Made by a program: the position numbers and the translations under genes
In this document: in pieces, positions 58,316 through 64,000 of the stretch
How the letters are laid out: the number at the start of each line of letters is the position of its first letter
Numbering within the stretch: the stretch's first letter is position 1
The notes under the pieces: model-generated
Seen by the model: the letters and a program-made list of their open reading frames with translations, nothing else
Told to the model about the DNA's origin: nothing
Database searches by the model: none
Assembly (NCBI RefSeq): GCF_009914755.1
Contig: NC_060925.1
Length of the DNA: 64,000 nucleotides
Source of the DNA: the human T2T-CHM13v2.0 reference genome, Homo sapiens
Direction: 5' to 3' (one strand)

Positions 58316-59152
58316 CCAATAGAAGAGATATTTCTCCTTGTTTGTTTCTTTTGTTTCATATTCCTATTATTCCCTTGTTAGTATTGGTTTAAAGAGCAAC
58401 AGAGGATAGTGCCAAACCTTTCCACTAGATGAAGAATTAGAGCAGGTGGCTCTCTCCCCCAAACAAGAGCTGCCAAAAAACATGTATTCACTTCAGAAAA
58501 ATCCTTCAGCAGACTGATATACACCATGAGGCAATAATCATGATTAGCTTTTCTTTTTAAATTCTGAATGGGTACGACATCAGCTCTGAAACACAAAGGA
58601 GTGTCTAACAGATGTCAATCATTTGGTCTCATCAGAACGAGAAACAGAACAAACCAAAACAGTAACTTGGAATGTTTTTAATTTTCTTGGACTCCACTCC
58701 ATCTCCCACATGGCATTATTTCTCAGTGAGTTGCTTTTATTTTCATTTGGTGCAACCCTTTATTTTCCTACAGAAACGTTCATACCTGTGAAAGAGACAT
58801 CATAGTAGAAACCAGCTATGATGCCCACAGAACAGCTGTGGCCAAGGAATACTGAGATTATCTTCTCTGTCAGTCCCTGCAGGCATGATGGAGATGCTCT
58901 CTCTTTAGGTCCACTGGGTTAATTTGGCTCCCTGAAGACCCTGACAAAATGCCTTCTGTGGTGGCATTTTTGTTCCAGGAAAGCATTTTGTTAATTTTGT
59001 GCTATAAAATACGTCTTGGGGTACATGGGAAGTAAATGATGATCAAAGAACAGGCTATGAAATCTTTCTAAAAAATGGTGGAGGAAACTTTCAAAGGCTG
59101 GATCTCAATGCCAATAAAATAAGGGCATACGAAAGGACTTCAGTTTTTTAAA

Positions 59153-59465
59153 CTTATTTTTAATCTATTTAGAGACATGGTCTCACTCTGTCACCCAGGC
59201 TGGAGTGCAGGAGTATGATCATAGCTCACTGCAACCTTGAACTCCTGGGCTCAAGTGATCTTCCCACCTCAGCCTTCCAAGTAGCTGTGACTATGAGAGT
59301 GTGCCACCACATCTGGCCATCTGACTATTTTGTTGTTGTTGTTTCGTAGAGATGGAGTCTCACTATGCTGCTCAGGCTGTTCTTGAACTCCTGGCCTCAA
59401 GTGATCCTCTCACCTTCAGCCTCCCAAAGTGCTGCAATTACAGGAGTGAGCCACCATTCCCAGCC
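59153..59465 (-). mobile_element. AluJ
   Basis: GATCATAGCTCACTGC..GAACTCCTGGGCTCAAG; TSD CAGTTTT. Confidence 0.92.
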
Positions 59466-59821
59466 CAGTTTTAAAATTATTAATGTTGTGCAGACATCTA
59501 AAGACAGCCCAGAATGGGTAATTTGATTCATTAATTAATTGACCATTCATTCATTCATTCATTCAGCAATGTTTACCCAGTGCCTGTTATATTTGAAGCC
59601 TGACTCTAGATAATGGGAATATATAGTGGAAAATAAGAAAGTCAGGGATTTTGCTCTCACAGATCTTAAACTCGAATAAAAGAAAAGACAGTTAATTAGT
59701 AAACAAGAAAATGACAGTGAATGATAAGGGCTTTAATAAAATTAAAAGAGGCAATGTGATAGAGATAGCTTGGGTGATTGCCTGGAAATCATCCTGGTTC
59801 CTCCCTTTCTCTTTGGGCAGG

Positions 59822-60190
59822 TGATATGGTTTGGCTTCGTGTCCCCACCCAAATCTCATCTTAAATTGCAGTCCCCAGGTGTTCAGGGAGGAACCTGGTA
59901 GGAGGTGATTGGATCATAAGAGCAGTTTCCCCCATGCTATTCCCATGATAGTGAGTGAGTTCTCACAAGATCTGATAGTTTTATAAGTGCTTGGCAAGTT
60001 CTTCCTTTGCTCATTCTCCTCTTGCCTGCTACCATGTAAGACATGCCTGCTTCCCCTTCTGCCATGATTGTAAGTTTCCTGAGGCCTCCCCAGCCATGTG
60101 GAACTTTTGAGTCAATTAAACCTCTTTCCTTTATAAATGTCCCAGTCTTGGGTAGTATTCTTTATAGCAGTGTGAAAACAGACTAATATA
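59822..60190 (+). mobile_element. THE1D-like solo LTR
   Basis: TGATATGGTTTGGC..CCCACCCAAATCTCATC start and GACTAATATA end; 5-bp TSD GCAGG. Confidence 0.92.
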
Positions 60191-60698
60191 GCAGGGCAAG
60201 CCTCTCCAAGGACATGTCACTTGGGCTGGGGCTGAATGATAAGGGAGGCACAGCTTTGCAAAAGACTTGGGGAAAGAACATTTCAGGCAGAGAAAATATG
60301 AAGATTAAATTCTGAAAAGCAGGAATAAACTCAGGGAGTTGGAGAACCATAAGCAGCTGGCACTCAGAGTATACTGAGTTGTGGAATATGAAATCAGATT
60401 AAGTCAGAGGCCAGTAGGCCAGGAAATGTAGGGTCTTGTTGGAATTTCAATTTTATTTTGTCATCAGTGGGAAATTTTTGGAGGACTTTTAAACTATGGA
60501 AGAGAAATTATACAATCTAAGTGTGTAGAATAGACTTCAGAGAGGAAAGAATGAAACAAAGGAGACCAAAGAATTGTCCAGTGAGAGATGGTCCCTGAAT
60601 TGGTGATGGTGGCCCTGGCAATGGACAAATATGAACAAATGCAAGGGGCGTTTTGGGAGTAGTGTTCACAAGACTTAGCAATGAACTGGGTGATGGGA

Positions 60699-61242
60699 TG
60701 TAGTAGGCAGACATTAGGATGACCTCTGTTTATCCTCACCTCCTGATATTCATGCCCTTGTGAAGTCTCCTGTGTTTGAATATGGGGTGAGCCTATGACT
60801 TGTTTCTAACTAACAGAATATAGAAACAGTGATTGCATGGCACTTCTGTGAATGCAGTACATAAGATCCAAATGTCCGTTTTGATAGCAGACTCTTTATT
60901 AGCTCTCACCCTTGCTAGCATTGATGAAGCAAGTTTCTGTATGGAGAGGCCCTTATGGCAATTAATGATGTCTGATCAATAGCCAGTAAGGACCTCAGGC
61001 CTTCAGTCCAGTAACCCACAAAGAACTGAATCTTGCCAATAACTATGAGGAATTAGATAATTCCCCACTTGAGCCTCAGATGAAACTGCAGCCTGGGCAA
61101 TGCCTTGATTGCAGCCTTATGAGAGACCCTGAAGCAGAGGAAGCTATGCCTGTATTCCTGCCTATAGAAACTGAGATCAGAAGTATGCTTCAAGCCACTA
61201 AGTTTCTAGTAATATTGCTACACAGCAAAGATAATGATTATA
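60699..61242 (+). mobile_element. MLT1E/F-like solo LTR
   Basis: TGTAGTAGGCAGA..CTCACCTCCTGATATTCATGCCCTTGTG..AAGCCACTAAGTTT; TSD TGGGA / TGGAA. Confidence 0.85.
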
Positions 61243-61859
61243 TGGAATAAACAGGAATGAAGAGTCAAGAATGACTTCTTGAACAACTGGATAGAAGGTA
61301 GAATAATTTACTGAAATGGGGAGGCTTGGGAAAGAATTCTACTCTTGAGAAATCAAGAGTAGAGGTTTCAAATAAGTGGTTGGATATGCACATAAGGAGC
61401 GTAGTAGAGAAAGGTGGTTGTCAGCAGCCTATCACTGGCATTTCCTTTATCCAGATGTGTAAAATCAATAGCGTAATTACCAGATCTCCCCTGCTCAGGA
61501 GTGCTGTGTAGGCTGGCCTAGGACGTGGGTTCTTCTTTTCTGCTCCTCCCCACTTTGCTGGACTTTATTCCCCTACACAACGCTTTGGTACCTCTGCTAT
61601 TACCATATTCTCATTCTGCCTGTCTCCCTTTGCTCTTCATATCCTCCTGTCCTAGGTCCAGCTTTCGTAGCATCTTTTACCAAGATTTATTCCAGACAGG
61701 GGATCCTTTCAGATCTTCGCATTCTCTCCTCATTTCCCAGCCTGATCAAAACATGCCTTTCGATGCTCATTCACCAAGGATTCTGCTACCACATAGCAAA
61801 TATATGCTGAGAGGTGGTGCTGTGTACGGAATATGGATTTGGAGAAAGGTTGGAATTTG

Positions 61860-62045
61860 AACTGAAAATCTACTACTCATGGGCTGAGAAAGACACATAA
61901 CATCTTCATTTTCTCATCTGAAAAATAATGATAGCAATGATAGCAATGCCTACCTCCTAATGTTGTTTAAACATAAAATCACTGGAGACATAAAATGCCC
62001 AGTACAGTGCTTGGCACATAGCAGGTATGGTAAATCATACCTATT
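61860..62045 (+). mobile_element. MIR
   Basis: TTTTCTCATCTGAAAAAT..CCTACCTC..ACAGTGCTTGGCACATAGCAGG. Confidence 0.7.
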
Positions 62046-62248
62046 ATAATCAAACTGATTTTTTCTAAAGTGAAAAAAATTATATCTGGCTAACATATTA
62101 CCTTATAGCTCTTTTAGTCCCAAATTTAAAATAACCACATTCGATTTCTCTCAATGCTCTAGTCTATTTTTATCAGTATTTAGATGTGTTCCAGACACAT
62201 CTGTCTTTAAAAAGAATTTTTTTTCAACCACTCCACTTTCCTCACTAG

Positions 62249-62659
<411 letters not shown>

Positions 62660-63174
62660 TACTGTGCCACTTTTACTTCCAATGTCACCAAAGGCATTGT
62701 TGTTACTAAACCCGATGGCTATTTTTCAGTCCTTATCTTACCTGACCTCTTTGCAGCAATTAATTGTATAGACCACACTTCATTGTGGTAACATTCGCTT
62801 CTATCTGTGTTTCCCATAGGTGATCTTCATTCCCATGGCTTCAATGACTGACTATCCATGGGCTTATGTTTTCAGTCTGACTCTCTCCTGGACTCCTGAA
62901 CTGCAAACCTAGCTCTCTTCTGGATCCCCCAAGCTCTTGTTACTCAATCAAATTTACTACTTTCCCATGAAACTGCTTCTTCCCTCATTCCATCTGTATG
63001 AATGGCACTACGGAGACTCAGCTTCCTAAGCCAGAGACCCTAAAGCCACACACCCCCCCACCACCCACTCCCTTTCCACTTCAAAGCCCTGTTGATTGTT
63101 GAGCTGCTGTGTTCTACAGATTCTGCTTCCACAGCAACTGTGGAATCTCATGACTGATCTCCACTCTCCTGGGG

Positions 63175-63524
63175 TGATATGGTTTGGCTGTGTCCCCACC
63201 CAAATCTCATCTTGAACTGTAACTCCCACAATTCCCATGTGTCATGGGAGGAACCTGGTGGGAAGTAATTGAATAACGGGGACCGTTTTCTCCCCTGCTG
63301 TTCTCATGATAGTGCATAAGTCTCACGAGATCTGATGGTTTTGAAAACGGGAATTGCCCTGCACAAGCTCATTCTCTCTTGCCTGGCCAGGTAAGAAGTG
63401 CCTTTCACCTTCCACCAGGACTGTGAGGCCTCCCCAGCCACATGGAACTGTGAGTCCGCTAAACCTATTTTTCTTCCCAGTCTCGTGTGTGTCTTTATCA
63501 GCAGCGTGAAAACGGACTAATACA
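63175..63524 (+). mobile_element. THE1A/B-like solo LTR inside an L2 fragment (about 62700-63860)
   Basis: TGATATGGTTTGGCTGTGTCCCCACCC..CAGCAGCGTGAAAACGGACTAATACA; 5-bp TSD TGGGG. Confidence 0.93.
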
Positions 63525-63885
63525 TGGGGCCACCTCATCACTGGCTGGATCACTGCACCTGCCCATTCCCTGGTCATCTTGCTTTCAGGTTTGCCCCTTT
63601 CCAGTCAGTTCTCTGCATTTAAGTGATCCTATTAAAATACAAGTCCACTCACATACTCCCCTGTTTTCAGCCTTTTCAATGCTCTCTCACCCTATGTCTG
63701 ATGTCCAAACTCTTTAGCATGGCATTTGGCGCCCTCATCATGGGGTACTTAGTGACTGCCCAGCATTTTATTCACATCTTTCCTTACCCCCATACTCCCT
63801 ATTTCAGTCACACTCAACTATTTGCAGTGACCCCATATTTCACACTCTTTTGTGACCTTTCCTTTCTTCTCTTGTCTTGTCTTCT

Positions 63886-64000
63886 CTTTTCTTTCTTTTG
63901 ACGGAGTCTCACTCGGTCCCCCAGGCTGGAGTGCAGTGGCGCGGTCTCGGCTCACTGCAACCTCCGCCCCCCGGATTCAAGCGATTCTCCTGTCTCAGCC
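63886..64000 (-). mobile_element. Alu right arm, cut by the window end
   Basis: GACGGAGTCTCAC..CCAGGCTGGAGTGCAGTGG..CTCACTGCAACCTCC. Confidence 0.9.

Larger units (their letters stand above)
59545..61400 (-). mobile_element. L2 interrupted by THE1D and MLT1E
   Basis: Begins (TTCA)n..CAGTGCC; L2-like segments continue across both LTR insertions. Confidence 0.7.

Overview
Human-type (primate) genomic DNA. A near-consensus AluYa5 at 36320 points to human. The window is dominated by interspersed repeats: about 35 Alu-family copies (FAM/FLAM, AluJ, AluS, AluY, AluYa5), four ERV1-class solo LTRs with 4-bp target-site duplications (TSDs), MaLR/ERVL LTRs (THE1, MLT1, LTR16, LTR33), old L1M/HAL1/L2/MIR fragments, and DNA-transposon fossils (MER2, a Tigger transposase remnant). 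I see no protein-coding gene and no CpG island, and the longer ORFs in the track are Alu, microsatellite or LTR read-through. The window looks intergenic or intronic, possibly with a weakly supported spliced + strand lncRNA. I cannot support a new multi-gene system. Best observations: an ancient U6 snRNA/L1MB chimeric retrogene (20075-20305); two independently inserted LTR10 solo LTRs 719 bp apart, each with four phased p53-like decamers; a microhomology-bounded templated insertion between them (38356-38542); a tandem AP-1/NRF2-MARE motif pair (24811-24837); a 331-nt purine-only G-rich tract (45084-45414); and an Alu-arm tandem duplication with a conversion-like divergence pattern. Repeat subfamily names come from recalled consensus features, not from a database search.
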